Origin: Eledone cirrhosa
Lineage: Eukaryota
DNA length: 64,000 nucleotides
Direction: 5' to 3'
Assembly: GCA_964016885.1 (NCBI GenBank)
Contig: OZ024746.1
Span: 98,642,001 to 98,706,000, forward strand
In this document: piece after piece, positions 37,800-49,817 of the stretch
Position numbering within the stretch: position 1 is the stretch's first letter
Layout: every line of letters starts with the position of its first letter
Position numbers and translations under genes: made by a program
The notes under the pieces: model-generated
Database searches by the model: none
Told to the model about the DNA's origin: nothing
What the model saw: the letters and a program-made list of their open reading frames with translations, nothing else

Positions 37800-38000
37800 T
37801 ATTCGTGCCATCTTTTACCTATGGTCATGAATCTTGGGCAATGACTGAAAAAATACAATCGCAAATACAAACGGACAAAATGGGGTTCCTCCGAAGGGTC
37901 TTTGGAGTAACATTACTTGATAGAGTGTGTAACTCAGAGATCAGAAAGCCACTCCAGGTTGAGGCACTACTTCTTCAATACTATGGGCATGTGGTTAGTG
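37800..38000 (+). mobile_element. RTE family 2 fragment
   Basis: PSFTYGHESWAMTEKIQSQIQ..MGFLRRVFGVTLLDRV.NSEIR. Confidence 0.75.
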
Positions 38001-38135
38001 TGACTCCATGTTGTTTTTACCAAATTATCAGTTTACTACCAAGTTTGAATAGTAGATATTTGTACCATTACTTCAGTGTATTTTATTGTTTTCTAGTTAT
38101 ATATTTCTTTTTATTTCTTAATTTCTCACTGAAAG

Positions 38136-38193
38136 AGAGAGTGACAGCTTCTAAATTACAGGACTCTTTCATTGGAATTGAAACATTAACTAG
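38136..38193 (+). CDS. Candidate 58-nt exon
   Basis: Long pyrimidine tract plus GAAAG acceptor (tandem AGs, exact site uncertain) and donor TAG|GTAATT; only open frame (E)[18 protein letters not shown](R). Confidence 0.4.
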
Positions 38194-38197
38194 GTAA

Positions 38198-38808
38198 TTA
38201 TGTGTGCCTGTCTGTATGTGTTTATGTGTGCCTGTCTGTATGTGTTTATGTGTGCCTGTCTGTATGTGTTTATGTGTGCCTGTCTGTATGTGTTTGTGTG
38301 TGCCTGTCTGTATGTGTTTATGTGTGCCTGTCTGTATGTGTTTGTGTGTGCCTGCCGGTATGTGTTTGTGTGTGCCTGTCTGTATGTGTTTATGTGTGCC
38401 TGTCTGTATGTGTTTATGTGTGCCTGTCTGTATGTGTTTATGTGTGCCTGTCTGTATGTGTTTATGTGTGCCTGTCTGTATGTGTTTATGTGTGCCTGTC
38501 TGTATGTGTTTATGTGTGCCTGTCTGTATGTGTTTGTGTGTGCCTGTCTGTATGTGTTTGTGTGTGCCTGCCTGTATGTGTTTGTGTGTGCCTGTCTGTA
38601 TGTGTTTGTGTGTGCCTGCCTGTATGTGTTTGTGTGTGCCTGCCTGTATGTGTTTGTGTGTGCCTGTCTGTATGTGTTTGTGTGTGCCTGTCTGTATGTG
38701 TTTGTGTGTGCCTGTCTGTATGTGTTTGTGTGTGCCTATCTGTATGTGTTTGTGTGTGCCTGTCTGTACGTGTTTGTGTGTGCCTGTCTGTACGTGTTTG
38801 CGTGTGCA
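38198..38808. repeat. 24-bp minisatellite, about 25 copies (TGTGTGCCTGTCTGTATGTGTTTR)
   Basis: Read directly; 8-aa periodic ORFs in all three + frames. Confidence 0.95.
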
Positions 38809-39206
38809 GGTATTATCATTGCATATGTGGTGCTGCTGTGCACATTTATGTAAATGTTTCTATGCATGTGTATATGCAGTACATGTGTATATGCAGTGCA
38901 TGTGTGTATGTGTTTGAATGTGCTATTTTATTTCAAAGAATATGATAACTTCAGTTTAAATATTTGGAGGGTAAATCATTTGTGTGTACAATCTAAATAT
39001 ACACCATTTGCATTCACCAGTTAAAGCGCGAAACTTTGTGTGTGCATGCGTATGTGTGTGCATGCGTATGTGTGTATTTTCTGTAACAAAAGTTTATTTG
39101 TTCCTAAAATAGATACAAAATGAGATGTAAATTACAGAAATTCTCATTTTCTGATGTCAAATTGTTTATCTCAGCTTAACATATATTCAACTACTATCTT
39201 GTAGAC

Positions 39207-39483
39207 CAGAGGTTCTCAAACTATTTGGACCCCCCCTCGCGGCCATTTAATACCATCAGCGCCACCCACCCCATTTCCAGAGAGACCTACCGACACGTAA
39301 ATTGTAAATAATATATAATAAATAAGATTGTTAATTTATATATAATAAATAATATATACTATGTATAAATAAATATATATATTCTTTATTTTACTATATT
39401 TATATATACTATTATATCACCTCTATCACCTCCCCAAGGCTCCCCTCCCCGGGGAGTGGTAGTGCCCACTTTGAGAACCTCTG
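39207..39483. mobile_element. hAT (Charlie-like) MITE
   Basis: TIR CAGAGGTTCTCAAA / TTTGAGAACCTCTG; 8-bp flanks TTGTAGAC and CTGTAGAT (6/8). Confidence 0.8.
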
Positions 39484-39663
39484 CTGTAGATTTTGAGGGT
39501 AGATCAAAGTGTCTATGAAACCCAACTGTTGGATGATTGATACATACATGATCAATAATGTTAACCTCATTACTAAATCTGTAGCATTCTGTATATTGGA
39601 CTAGGGTGCATAATTTTGTTTGGTCTTGTCTTCTTTGTTGATAACAAATAGCAGCTAACATCT

Positions 39664-39860
39664 TCAGGGAGATTCAGAATTTGGCAAGGCTGGCTCTTCG
39701 AATTGTCTCTCGTAGTGACACTTCCTAGCTACCTTCTTATCAGTATCAGTGAGGGCAAGTTCACCATCATCATTACGGACACACTTCCCTCCCAACAATA
39801 TCACTATTTTCTTTGACACATTGTCTCGCAATCCTGAACACCTCATGTTTTTCATCCTCC
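39664..39860 (-). mobile_element. RTE LINE internal fragment
   Basis: GGKCVRNDDGELALTDTDKKVARKCHYER resembles the RTE linker region preceding the RT. Confidence 0.55.
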
Positions 39861-39869
39861 GCTGAAAGT

Positions 39870-40410
39870 ACAACTCATTTTTTCCAGCTGAGTGGACTGG
39901 AGCAATGTGAAATAAAGTGTCTTGCTCAAGGACACAGCGCGGAACATCCCCACCAAGCTATGACAGACATACATAATATAGGGTGCTGGTGATACCACAG
40001 CTGGCCAAATAGTGTCACTCTGTCAGTTACGACGAGTGTTCTAGTTGATATGATCAACAGAACAGAACAGCCTGCTCGCGCGCGTCCCCTTAACCTTTAG
40101 AGCATTTACATTACTCTATATATACTATTTTCACAGTAAAGGCTTTACCTCACATAATTTCTCATATAATATCGAATCTACATTAGTATGAGAGGCCGGT
40201 TACAGCTGGTTTGAACAGAAAGAGGTGAGAGAATTCTGGCCAGATACACCCGGTTTAAATGCTAAAAGATCAACATAGTTCTCAGGGAGATTGACCATAA
40301 CACAGAATGTGATAAGACTGACCCTTTGAATTACAAGTGTGACTCACTTTTTCCAGCTGAATGGACTGGAACAATGGGAATTAAAGGGTCTTGCTCAAGG
40401 ACACGGTGCG
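39870..40410. mobile_element. CORE-like SINE fragments (minus) around a MITE A (40090-40268)
   Basis: CAGCTGAGTGGACTGGAGCAATGTGAAATAAAGTGTCTTGCTCAAGG at ~39885 and a variant at ~40355. Confidence 0.65.
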
Positions 40411-40611
40411 CTACCTAAATAGAAATCATTAAATCTACCAACTACCAAACTCAAATTTCTATGCCTGACTTGCAAATCCTATATTACTGAGGTCCAACTT
40501 GTATTGGTGTTATTTGTTATGATACCAGTCATCATCATTATCATCATTTAATGTCTATTTTCCACACTAGCATGGGTTAGACAGGTTGTCCTGTTTGAGC
40601 CAAGTTGGGTC

Positions 40612-40872
40612 CAATACTATGGGTATGTGGTTAGGTCTCAGGAAAGAATCACTGGACTGATTTTAAGGGCAAAACCGATTGGCAGGAGACCCAGGGGTAG
40701 ATTCCGAACAAGATGGTTGGATAAAATCCATGAACTTGGCTGGTCTCACTTGGAGATCCAGCCAGATGAGTTGGAGACAGTTCCTTCTGACAGGACCCAC
40801 TGGAAGAAGTGTTTGAGGACACCCCCCCCCCCCCACACACACACACAACCTCTCAGGAATAAGGAAGAAGAG
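40612..40872 (+). mobile_element. RTE family 2 3' end
   Basis: VRSQERI...RRPRGRFRTRWLD...WKKCL. Confidence 0.8.
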
Positions 40873-41449
40873 TGATGACCAATTAAGATAAGAATTTAAC
40901 ACTGTACACAATTTATTGGAGAGAAACAACAAAGATTGATTAAAAACTGAAATAAAGATTATTTAGTTAACCTTTAGAACGCTAGAAATTTATATGAATT
41001 GCTTCCTTTGACACTGCATTATGTATTAAGGGGAGATTACTCTATTGTTGACATAATTTGCATGTAGCATCCAGAAGGTTAATCTAAAGTCTAAATTTTC
41101 TCAGATAATTTCAATATATTGCTATCTATTATATTGATCTTTTAACTGAAGACTTGAAAAGTATAAAACCGCCAGCCTAACATGATTGTAACAACAAATA
41201 TTGAAGAGGTTCTAAGCTATACATTTAAAGCCACCACCACTACACTTTTAATAAATTTGTATGTTCATATGTACACGTGAACAGCCACCTGGAAAACCTC
41301 ATCAACAAATACTTCTGCTAGTTAAATATCCTCTGAACTTTAGTCAATTTTCATGAAGACCTCACCATATGTGCATACACAACTCTCTTATGAATACCTT
41401 TTTGTATAAATTATAACTCATTGTTTATAAAATAATTTCTTATGTAGGT

Positions 41450-41738
41450 TTAACCCTTTAGCATTTACATTACTCTATATATACTATTGTATTTTCATGG
41501 TAAAAGCTTTATCTCACATAATATCTCACATAACATTTACATTACTCTATATATACTATTGTATTTTCACAGAAAAGGCTTTACCTCACATAATATTGAA
41601 TCTCTGAGATTTTGATATCATTTATTTTGAGAATAATTACCTTAACATCAGTATGAATGGCTGGTTACAGCCGGTTTGAACAGAAAGAGGTGAGAGAATT
41701 CTAGCTGGATATGACCAGTTTAAATGCTAAAGGGTTAT
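41450..41738. mobile_element. MITE A with a two-unit 72-bp duplication
   Basis: Junction ATATCTCACATAACATTTACATTAC is identical to that in the 32237 array. Confidence 0.85.
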
Positions 41739-41870
41739 GGCCAACTTTTCTAGGCTGGTGATGTAATTGGTTGAGGTATGTCCGGTATAGAGTTTGTTCT
41801 TATTTTATTGACTCTGGTGTGATGAAAAATCAAACCTGACCATTGCTTGGTTTGAATTTGGAATGGAGAT

Positions 41871-42091
41871 TTAACCCTTTAGCATTTAAACCGACTGTAT
41901 CTGGTCAGAATTATCTCTCCTCTTTCTGTTCAAACTGACTGTAACTGGCCGCTCATATTGACATTAAGGTATTGTTCTCAAAATAAATAATCACATAGAT
42001 TTGGTATTATGTGAAATAATTATGTAAGTTAAAGCCTTTACCACAGATATACAATAGTAAATATAGAGTAATGTAAATTCTAAAGGGTTAA
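41871..42091. mobile_element. MITE A, opposite orientation to the 41450 copy
   Basis: TTAA termini and TIRs. Confidence 0.85.
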
Positions 42092-42689
42092 AAACATACT
42101 AATTACATGTATTTAGTCCCAATAACTTAATATTTCAATTATCTTCAATAATAATCTATTTTGTGAATATAAATATACTGAATCTTACTATGAAAATTGC
42201 TTTGTCGTAACTGTATTGATACTAAACCACCTGGAACCTGTTTCTATGATATAAAGCTATTTTAAACTGTTGCCAAAGAAATATGACGAGTGGAGAGATA
42301 CTGTATGGAGTGGGACCCATCCAACCCATTTTAGCTTGTAAGAATAGATGTAAAAGTGATGCTGATGGTTATATCTAAAAACCTCCCATCACAATTCCAT
42401 GTAAAAACCTGTATTAAGTTATGTTCAAAACACCAATAAATATAAAGAGAAAGTTATTTTACTAAATTCCTCCCATTCCCTGATTATTTTCCAAACGATT
42501 TAAAAATTACATGTGTCTTTCATTAGATAATAACGGTTTCTTTTTATTCCTCTGGGATTTGTAGAGGCCAAATAGTAAAGCAGCGTGACATCTGTGAACA
42601 ATTTTCGAGCTTAAATACCAGTCAATAGTTGAACTGTACCAATGAGATCTTCCTATCACGACATGAATTAAAGAGCTCGATGCCACATA

Positions 42690-42870
42690 ATAATTGTTTC
42701 TACTTTTGGCACAAGGACAGCAATTACCCCAGTGCATTACTGGTACTTTATTTTATCGACCTCCTAAGGATGAAAGGCAAAGATAACTTCTGCAGAATTT
42801 GAACTCAGAACGTAAAGGGCCATAACTCTATTCTGCAAAGCATGGTGTCTGACGCACTACTGGTGCTGCC
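42690..42870 (-). mobile_element. SINE A
   Basis: Family body. Confidence 0.8.
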
Positions 42871-42949
42871 ACATGACGGAATCAAATTCCCATTGCCACT
42901 GCCTTAGTCTCTCACTTTGCCCATCTCTCACTATTATAAGCAAATGGCA

Positions 42950-43478
42950 GACCACGTGTTGGCGGCCCTGCAGCCCTGGCAAACAGAATAGAGAAGGTGT
43001 TTGTGGATGGTGAGGGAGACGCGTTGGAAGAGACATTCCAGCTCACGAGGCTCACACCTGCGGGTAAGCAACTCCATCCCGGTGGTGGTGAGTAGGGAGG
43101 TGGTCCTAGGGCCAAGGACACCAGAAGTCTCTCCTGCTACGGGGTGTTGATGGTGGTGAGTAGAGAGGTAGTCCTAGGACCAAGGACACCAGATGTCTCC
43201 ACTGCTAAGGGGTGGTGATGGGGGTGAGTAGGGAGGTAGTCCTAGGGCCAAGGACACCAGAAGTCACTCCTGCTACGGGGTGTTGATGGTGGTGAGTAGA
43301 GAGGTGGTCCTAGGGCCAAGGACACCAGAAGTCTCCACTGCTACGGGGTGCTGATGGTGGTGAGTAGGGAGGTGGTCCTGGGGCCAAGGATACCAGAAGT
43401 CTCTACTGCTACGGGGTGCTGATGGTGGTGAGTAGGGAGGTGGTCCTGGGGCCAAGGATACCAGAAGTCTCTACTGCT
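42950..43478 (-). mobile_element. CRE-like LINE 3' fragment with about six 68-bp tandem units
   Basis: GAGTA recurs at 43090, 43158, 43226, 43294, 43362 and 43430; minus translation PVAVETSGVLGPRTTSLL...CEPRELECLFQRVSLTI. Confidence 0.7.
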
Positions 43479-43696
43479 TTCATGAGATGTGACCAAGAGG
43501 GTTAAAACTCAAGTTAATGAGAGCATATGATCAGCAACTTAATTATCACAATTTTGAAACTATTTATGGTTTTCTCAGGCTTAGTACAGCTGAATGACAT
43601 ATAAACATGTTACATATAATATAGTCATTGCTTTGACAAACACTGGCTGAGGTTAATTATAATTAGTTAAGTGCAAGCTGACTCAGTAAATATAAT

Positions 43697-43895
43697 TGTT
43701 TCTACTTTAGGCACAAGGCCAGCAATCACCCAGTGCATTACTGGTACTTTATTTTATCGACCCCGTAAGGATGAAAGGCAAAGTCAACCTCGGCGGGATT
43801 TGAACTTAGATCGTAAAGGGACGTAACTATGCTGGAATGCATGGCGTCCGACCCTCTACTGATACTGCCAATCCATGGCCCTTGGATTGGTAAAT
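43697..43895 (-). mobile_element. Full-length SINE A with TSD
   Basis: CTCAGTAAATATAAT at 43682-43696 and 43896-43910. Confidence 0.88.
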
Positions 43896-43969
43896 CTCAG
43901 TAAATATAATGACCCAAAAATGATTTTTTATTGAAACTAACCCCATAATGAGAAGGAAAGTCGTTAGCT

Positions 43970-44183
43970 TTAACCCTTTAGCATTCACATTACTATTATA
44001 TTTTCATGGTAAATGCTTTACCTCACAAAATTATCTCACATAATATCGAATTTATGAGATTTTGAAAGTATTTATTTTGAGAACAATACCTTATCAGTTT
44101 GAGTGACCAGTTACAACCAGTTTCAACAGGAAGAGGTAGAGAATTCTGGCCAGTTTTGGCTGGTTTAAACATTAAACGGTTAA
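43970..44183. mobile_element. piggyBac-type MITE A
   Basis: TTAA termini and body. Confidence 0.8.
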
Positions 44184-44817
44184 TGACAACTAGACCACCC
44201 ATGACCCATTGCGTCACGTTCTCTTCAAAATATTTTTTTAAAATCATGTTCACTTAAAAATAAGTTTTAGATAATTAAAATATACACAGACATGTATATA
44301 ATGTGAAATGAAACTAGAAGGCCCATATATATACGTGTGTGTATGTATATATATAAATGTGTGCTTGTATACATATATATATATATATGTGTGTGTATAT
44401 ATATATATGTGTATATATATAAAATAGTATTTGCTATCTAACCAAAAAAACATTATTAAAGACAACCAAGCAGAGCCAATGATTCTTTTCAGGACCCTTG
44501 AGTCTGTTGAGAATGGGAGAAGATATTCCCAAACAGGAGGCCTGCTTTCAATCATTGTAATAGAGTAGGGTCCACAAAAAATACCCAAGACCAGACGATG
44601 TTGTTAAAATCTGGTTACAGGTTAAGCCTACCACATAGGTAGGCCATGGTGGGATTTAAATTCAGAATTCAAAGAGCTGGAAAAAAATACCTCAAGGCAT
44701 TCTATCTAATACATTAAGGATTTCGTCAATCCACTACCCTATACTGGTGCTTTGTTGATCCAGAAAGGATAAAAAGCAAATTTGACAAAATGTTTTCATA
44801 TAAGTCTTCTTGAGACG

Positions 44818-45000
44818 CTAAACTCCGCCAGTTGGAGACTGCGCATTAACATGTGATATCTCTCTCCACAAGGTTTGATTACCAGCAGCTGAGTTCAAGT
44901 ACAGTCCATAGGTTGACATTATCAAGCCATCATTTTGGCTGCCAGCCTCTGCTTCTCTTACCAGCCAACCTTCCTTCCAGGCATAACCTACACACACCAC
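44818..45000 (-). mobile_element. RTE-like LINE C-terminus
   Basis: Homologous to 8120-8320. Confidence 0.75.
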
Positions 45001-45705
45001 ATATAAGTATGGACACTTTAAGAGAAGTAGATATGTATCATAAAACCAGTGGCCTTTTCAGGTTGGCCGATATTAAACATGTTAAACAAGCTACAACTCA
45101 AGGCCCCCTGATCTGTAGGAGGCTCAAGATAATTAAAAGTCGTATATCTTTTTTGTGAGACTTTCTAGTGTAAAAAGGGGCTTCATGGTTTTATATATAG
45201 CCTTGGATCTCACCAAGTCTAAATCCAGTGCAAGCTGCCACACACTCCTTATAAGGAACGTTAATCCTTAACAAGATTGACCAACTGGAGAGTCTGTATG
45301 TGGTTGCCCAACCTGCTTGAAATAGCAGTCAAATCTCCCTCAGATGACACACTGTTATCTTGAAAAAGAAGTGTCACATTGGATGTAGTTGAAGAACTCA
45401 ATACCTAAAAGAACGATGAGCATGGTTGGAATCCTTTTGATCTTAGGTCTGCTCAGTCAGTCTTGACCTGGGGTTAAGCTATAACAACAATAACTTTTGG
45501 ATAAGAGAGCTCCAGTACACAGGTTCAAATTTGCAATACCATCCAACCAATGTTACCAATGATAAATTAATGTTGAACTCATTAACTCTTTTGATGCCAA
45601 ACTGCCTGAAACTGCCCATAGTTCAACATTACAGAAATGTTTATATTTTTTGGAAAACCTCTTATAATTTTATGTAAGAACTTTTATTATGCTTCGAACA
45701 CTTGT

Positions 45706-45911
45706 TTAACCCTTTAGCATTTAAACTGGCCAGATATGGCCAGAATTCTCTCACCTCTTTCTGTTCAAACCAGCTGTAACCAGCTGCTCATACCAACATT
45801 AAGATATTGTTCTCAAAATAAATAATATCAAAATCTCATAGATACAATATTTTGTGTGATAAAGTGTTTACTGTGAAAATACAATAGTAAATATAGATTA
45901 ATGTAAATGCT
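45706..45911. mobile_element. piggyBac-type MITE A
   Basis: TTAA-CCCTTTAGCATTTAAA plus body. Confidence 0.8.
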
Positions 45912-46021
45912 TGAGAAACTTACAATTCTAAATCCTTCCAAATTTTGATTACTTTTAAATTTCATTCAAAATCATTGTTTTTTCATTAGAAATATAGTAA
46001 TGAAACAGTTAAAAATATTCA

Positions 46022-46493
46022 TTAACCCTTTAGTTACCAACCCAGTCAAAACCGGTTCTGGTTCTATGAAATAAAACCATCCATTTTAAAGGTTTCCAAT
46101 TGAAATTAAAATCGTTCAACACAATTTTATGTAAGAGCCTTACATTAAGTTACAATCTTAGTAATGAACTACCATATTTCCTGGCGTCGAAGACGCTCAT
46201 TTTCTCCTAAAATAAGTCTCAAAAATCTACCATGTGACCTGGAGGCCGAAGGTTGTTTATTTTTTTTTCAAATTTTTGGTTGTCAAAATTAGGGTGGGTC
46301 CTCGAGGGCGTGTCTTTGGCACCGGGAAATACAGTAATTAATAATTGTTTCTACTTTAGGCACAAGGCCAGCAATAATCCAGTGCATTACTGGTACTTTA
46401 CAGTAATTAATAATATTAGTAAATTCCTCAAAGGTTTTCATTGATTAATTAAAATAGTGTATTTCATTAGAAATGTGGTCATGAAAGGGTTAA
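46022..46493. mobile_element. MITE B with a nested Tc2-like MITE and a SINE A fragment
   Basis: TTAA termini; inner element TA-CCATATTTCCTGGCGTCGAAGAC ... GTCTTTGGCACCGGGAAATACAG-TA (~46170-46336); SINE TSD TACAGTAATTAATAAT at 46330-46345 and 46399-46414. Confidence 0.8.
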
Positions 46494-47067
46494 TACTGAT
46501 AAATGGGAAAAAAGATCCTTCATTTATTAGATATATTGACTCCAAACCCTTATAATTGTATGTCCCTCTTTTTTTCTGTTTATTGAGAAATTGTTCTGTA
46601 AAAATAATATATCATCATCATCACCATATCCATTCTTCCATGTTGGCATTGTTCTTGGTGGCAAACATTTTTTTTTTTCTTTTCTCAAATCAAAACCAGT
46701 TAACATGTTGGCAGTAAAATCAAACAAATAAAACACAAAACCACAAACATAAAAATAAAGATGCTGGTCATATCTGGGTCTCACCCAAATATTTGACTTG
46801 TATTTCAACTAGAAATGTCTTGTGACAATTACTGGAAGATAGCAAGTGTAAACAGACAATGATCTATTTCTGTGCAACTATCGGTGCAACTAGTTAATTC
46901 AGTCTGGTACCTTTAATTAATATTCTATTCAATTATTAGCTTGGCACTTTGCCTTGCCAGCTATTCTTCATTTGGCGCTATACTTTAATCCATTTCACCA
47001 TTATAATATTATAATAGATGATTTTCTTTTATGTATAGCCATCTGTGAATAAATGAATGGCTGTTTT

Positions 47068-47074
47068 ATATATA

Positions 47075-47119
<45 letters not shown>

Positions 47120-47160
47120 ATGTATAAATGTGTGTGTATATATATATGTGTATATGTATA

Positions 47161-47203
<43 letters not shown>

Positions 47204-47250
47204 GTATGCGTGTTTGTGTGTATATATGTATGTGTGTTTGTATATATCTG
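47068..47250. repeat. Compound (TA)n/(TG)n microsatellite
   Basis: Read directly from the sequence. Confidence 0.9.
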
Positions 47251-47549
47251 CATATTAATGTCCTTTATAATGGTTCTTTGTAATATGTTTTAGCTTATTG
47301 ATATCATAAGTAATATTTTGTGTGGAACTAATTTAGGCATCTGCCCCATTAGTTTTACAACTAAGCTATTGAATGGAATTACTCAGGTGACTTGACCATA
47401 AAACTAACTACATTGTGTTCCTTCATCAAAGGCAGATGTTGAAGTATAGTGTGTGTTCTTGTTATAAATGGTGTTTATTGGGTTGTTTTTCTCTGTTGAA
47501 AGAATAAATATATCAATAAATATAGAACAAGGTAGACCTTTCTGAGAGG

Positions 47550-47820
47550 AGTAAGGAAGGAAGAGTAGATCTGGCTGTGTGGGAGTTAGTAAGGAAGGGT
47601 AGATCTGGCTGTGTGGGAGTTAGGAAGGAAGGGTAGATCTGGCTATATGGTAGTTTGGAAGGGTAGATCTGGCTATATGGTAGTTTGGAAGGGTAGATCT
47701 GGCTGTATGAGAGTAAGGAAGGGTAGATCTGGCTGTGTGGGAGTAAGGAGGGGTAGATCTGGCTGTGTGGGAGTTAGGAAGGGTAGATCTGGCTGTATTG
47801 GAAAGTGGAGGAAAGGACTA
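47550..47820. repeat. ~30-bp minisatellite (GGAAGGGTAGATCTGGCTGTGTGGGAGTTA), about 8 copies
   Basis: GTAGATCTGGCT recurs at 30-34 bp spacing; single-copy relatives at ~7500, ~7875 and ~19135. Confidence 0.9.
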
Positions 47821-48029
47821 TCCTATCAAGGTTGTTTGTGGAACACCAACAGTCTCCCATGTATACCAGCCTCCAATCTCTATGCCACTGATGATGTCCG
47901 AGGGAAAGGTAATGGCCAATACAGCTTGGCACCAGTGACATAATATACACTATATTTACACTCTACACTCACATTATATACACACTATATACACACTATA
48001 TATGATGTTGTCCAAGTAAAAAGCGATAG

Positions 48030-48203
48030 CCGATACAACTTGGCACATGTGACGTTGCAACTCATTTCTACAGCTGAGTAAACTGAAGCAACGTGAAATA
48101 AAGTGTCTTGCTCAAGGACACAACGTATCACCTGGACCGAGAATCAAACTCACAACCTCCCAATTGCTAACACAATTGTCTAACCACTAAGCCATCCACC
48201 TTC
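48030..48203 (-). mobile_element. CORE-like tRNA SINE
   Basis: Matches SINE B head and core on the minus strand. Confidence 0.75.
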
Positions 48204-48334
48204 ACTAAGTTATATGCACACAAATAATATATTAAGAAATGAGTGAAATTCTCAAAAGGGAATATTTTCTTCATTTATATATTTGAGAATAAACAATATT
48301 TTTGTACAACATAGTTTTTAAAGACAATTTCAAC

Positions 48335-48592
48335 ACCTCTCTCTCTCGCTCTCTCTCTTATAAACACTCACACTTTTTCTCTCATATACACACTGTTCTC
48401 TCTCTCTTACACACACTCGCACAGTTCTCTCTCTCTCTCTTATATACACAGTTTTCTCTCTCTCATATACACACAGTTTTCTCTCTCTCTCTTATATACA
48501 CACAGTTTTCTCTCTCTCTCTTATATATACACAGTTTTCTCTCTCTCTCTCTCTCTTATATACACACAGTTTTCTCTCTCTTATATACACAC
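48335..48592. repeat. Compound CT/TA/CA minisatellite-like tract
   Basis: Recurring CACAGTTTT(CT)nTATATACA. Confidence 0.85.
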
Positions 48593-48935
48593 TATTTTAA
48601 AGTGTTTGTTTATCTAAAAACCTATCATAATTTCTCATTGGTAAATACAATCCTATCCTATCTCCTGCCATCCAGTGGACACTCCGGCACAAGATAAAGC
48701 TTAGCACCCTGGCCATGCTGTAACACTGCAAGAACCTTTAAGATTCCAGACAACTTAATAATGAGCAAGTTAGTTATATTATTAAATCCCTCTAAATTCT
48801 TTATCATTTGAAAATCATAGGTAGTCTTTCATTAGAAATAGTGTAACAAAAGTGTTAAAGTTAAACCCTTTGAAAGTCACAGAAACAACATGTGGTTTAC
48901 TTGTTTTTTATGAATTTGAATAACAAGAAATTAGG

Positions 48936-49190
48936 GGAGGTGCATGGCCTAGTGGTAAGGGTGTTGGACTTACGATTATAATGTTGTTCAATTCCTGGTC
49001 TGGGTTGCGTGTTGTGTTCTTGAGCAAAACACTTCATTTCATGTTGTTCCAGTATACTCAGCTGAAAATGAGTACCAGTAATAACTGGAGGTTTAACCCT
49101 GCGATGGACTGGGGTTCTTGTACTCTTGTCGCTTCACACCACAGAAAGTGGCATAAGTACTGGCCTGATGAGTCTCCAGGCTTGAGAAAA
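48936..49190 (+). mobile_element. CORE-like tRNA SINE
   Basis: TGGCCTAGTGG A box, GTTCAATTCC B box, TTCTTGAGCAAAACACTT. Confidence 0.7.
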
Positions 49191-49315
49191 ACAGGAAAGG
49201 AAAAATTCTCGATTCTCGAGAGACGATGAAAGTTTAATGGGACATGAACTAGGAATTCTAATTCTTGAAACAATGAAACAAAAAGATGTTATTTGTAAAT
49301 CTACAAGACTTAGAT

Positions 49316-49531
49316 TTAACCCTTTAGTATTTAAACTGGTCGTATCCGTCCAGAATTCTCTCACATCTTTCTATTCAAACCGGCTGTAACCGGCCATTCA
49401 TACTGATGTTAAGGTATTGTTCTCAAAATAAATAATATCAAAATCTCATAGATTCGATATTATGTGAGGTAAAGCCTCTACCACAAAAATACAATAGTAA
49501 ATATAGAGTAATGTAAATGCTAAAGGGTTAA
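49316..49531. mobile_element. piggyBac-type MITE A, full length
   Basis: TTAA on both sides and TIRs. Confidence 0.88.
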
Positions 49532-49817
49532 GTTCAGAGAGGAAAATAACTTGTGGCATTTATACAGTGGGACTAAAAAATGTCTTTATTCAAAAAATAA
49601 GCTCATAACATTACTTCATATACAAGATCCTGCTCATTCTAGTTGGTTAAATTATATGTATAATTGTATGTTAATATTGAATGTATTATTTTACTTTGTT
49701 CTGTTTATGAACTTGAATGACACAAATCTCATCTCTTGAATAATTTCCCCACCCCTTCCTTATTAAATTTTGCAAAATTTTATTTCAAATTGTAGCATTC
49801 CAGTGACAGTTAATTTT

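Noticed and set aside
22536-38193. Resemblance of the joined exon peptide to INSIG (AVFV..ASAKL) or TMEM135 (RNGE..CITA)
   Set aside because: Only a few residues match from memory and the conserved motifs of those families are missing, so no gene symbol is assigned.
38200-38945. Three overlapping Cys/Val-rich ORFs resembling metallothionein-like proteins
   Set aside because: Open in all three frames only because the 24-bp TG-rich unit lacks stops.
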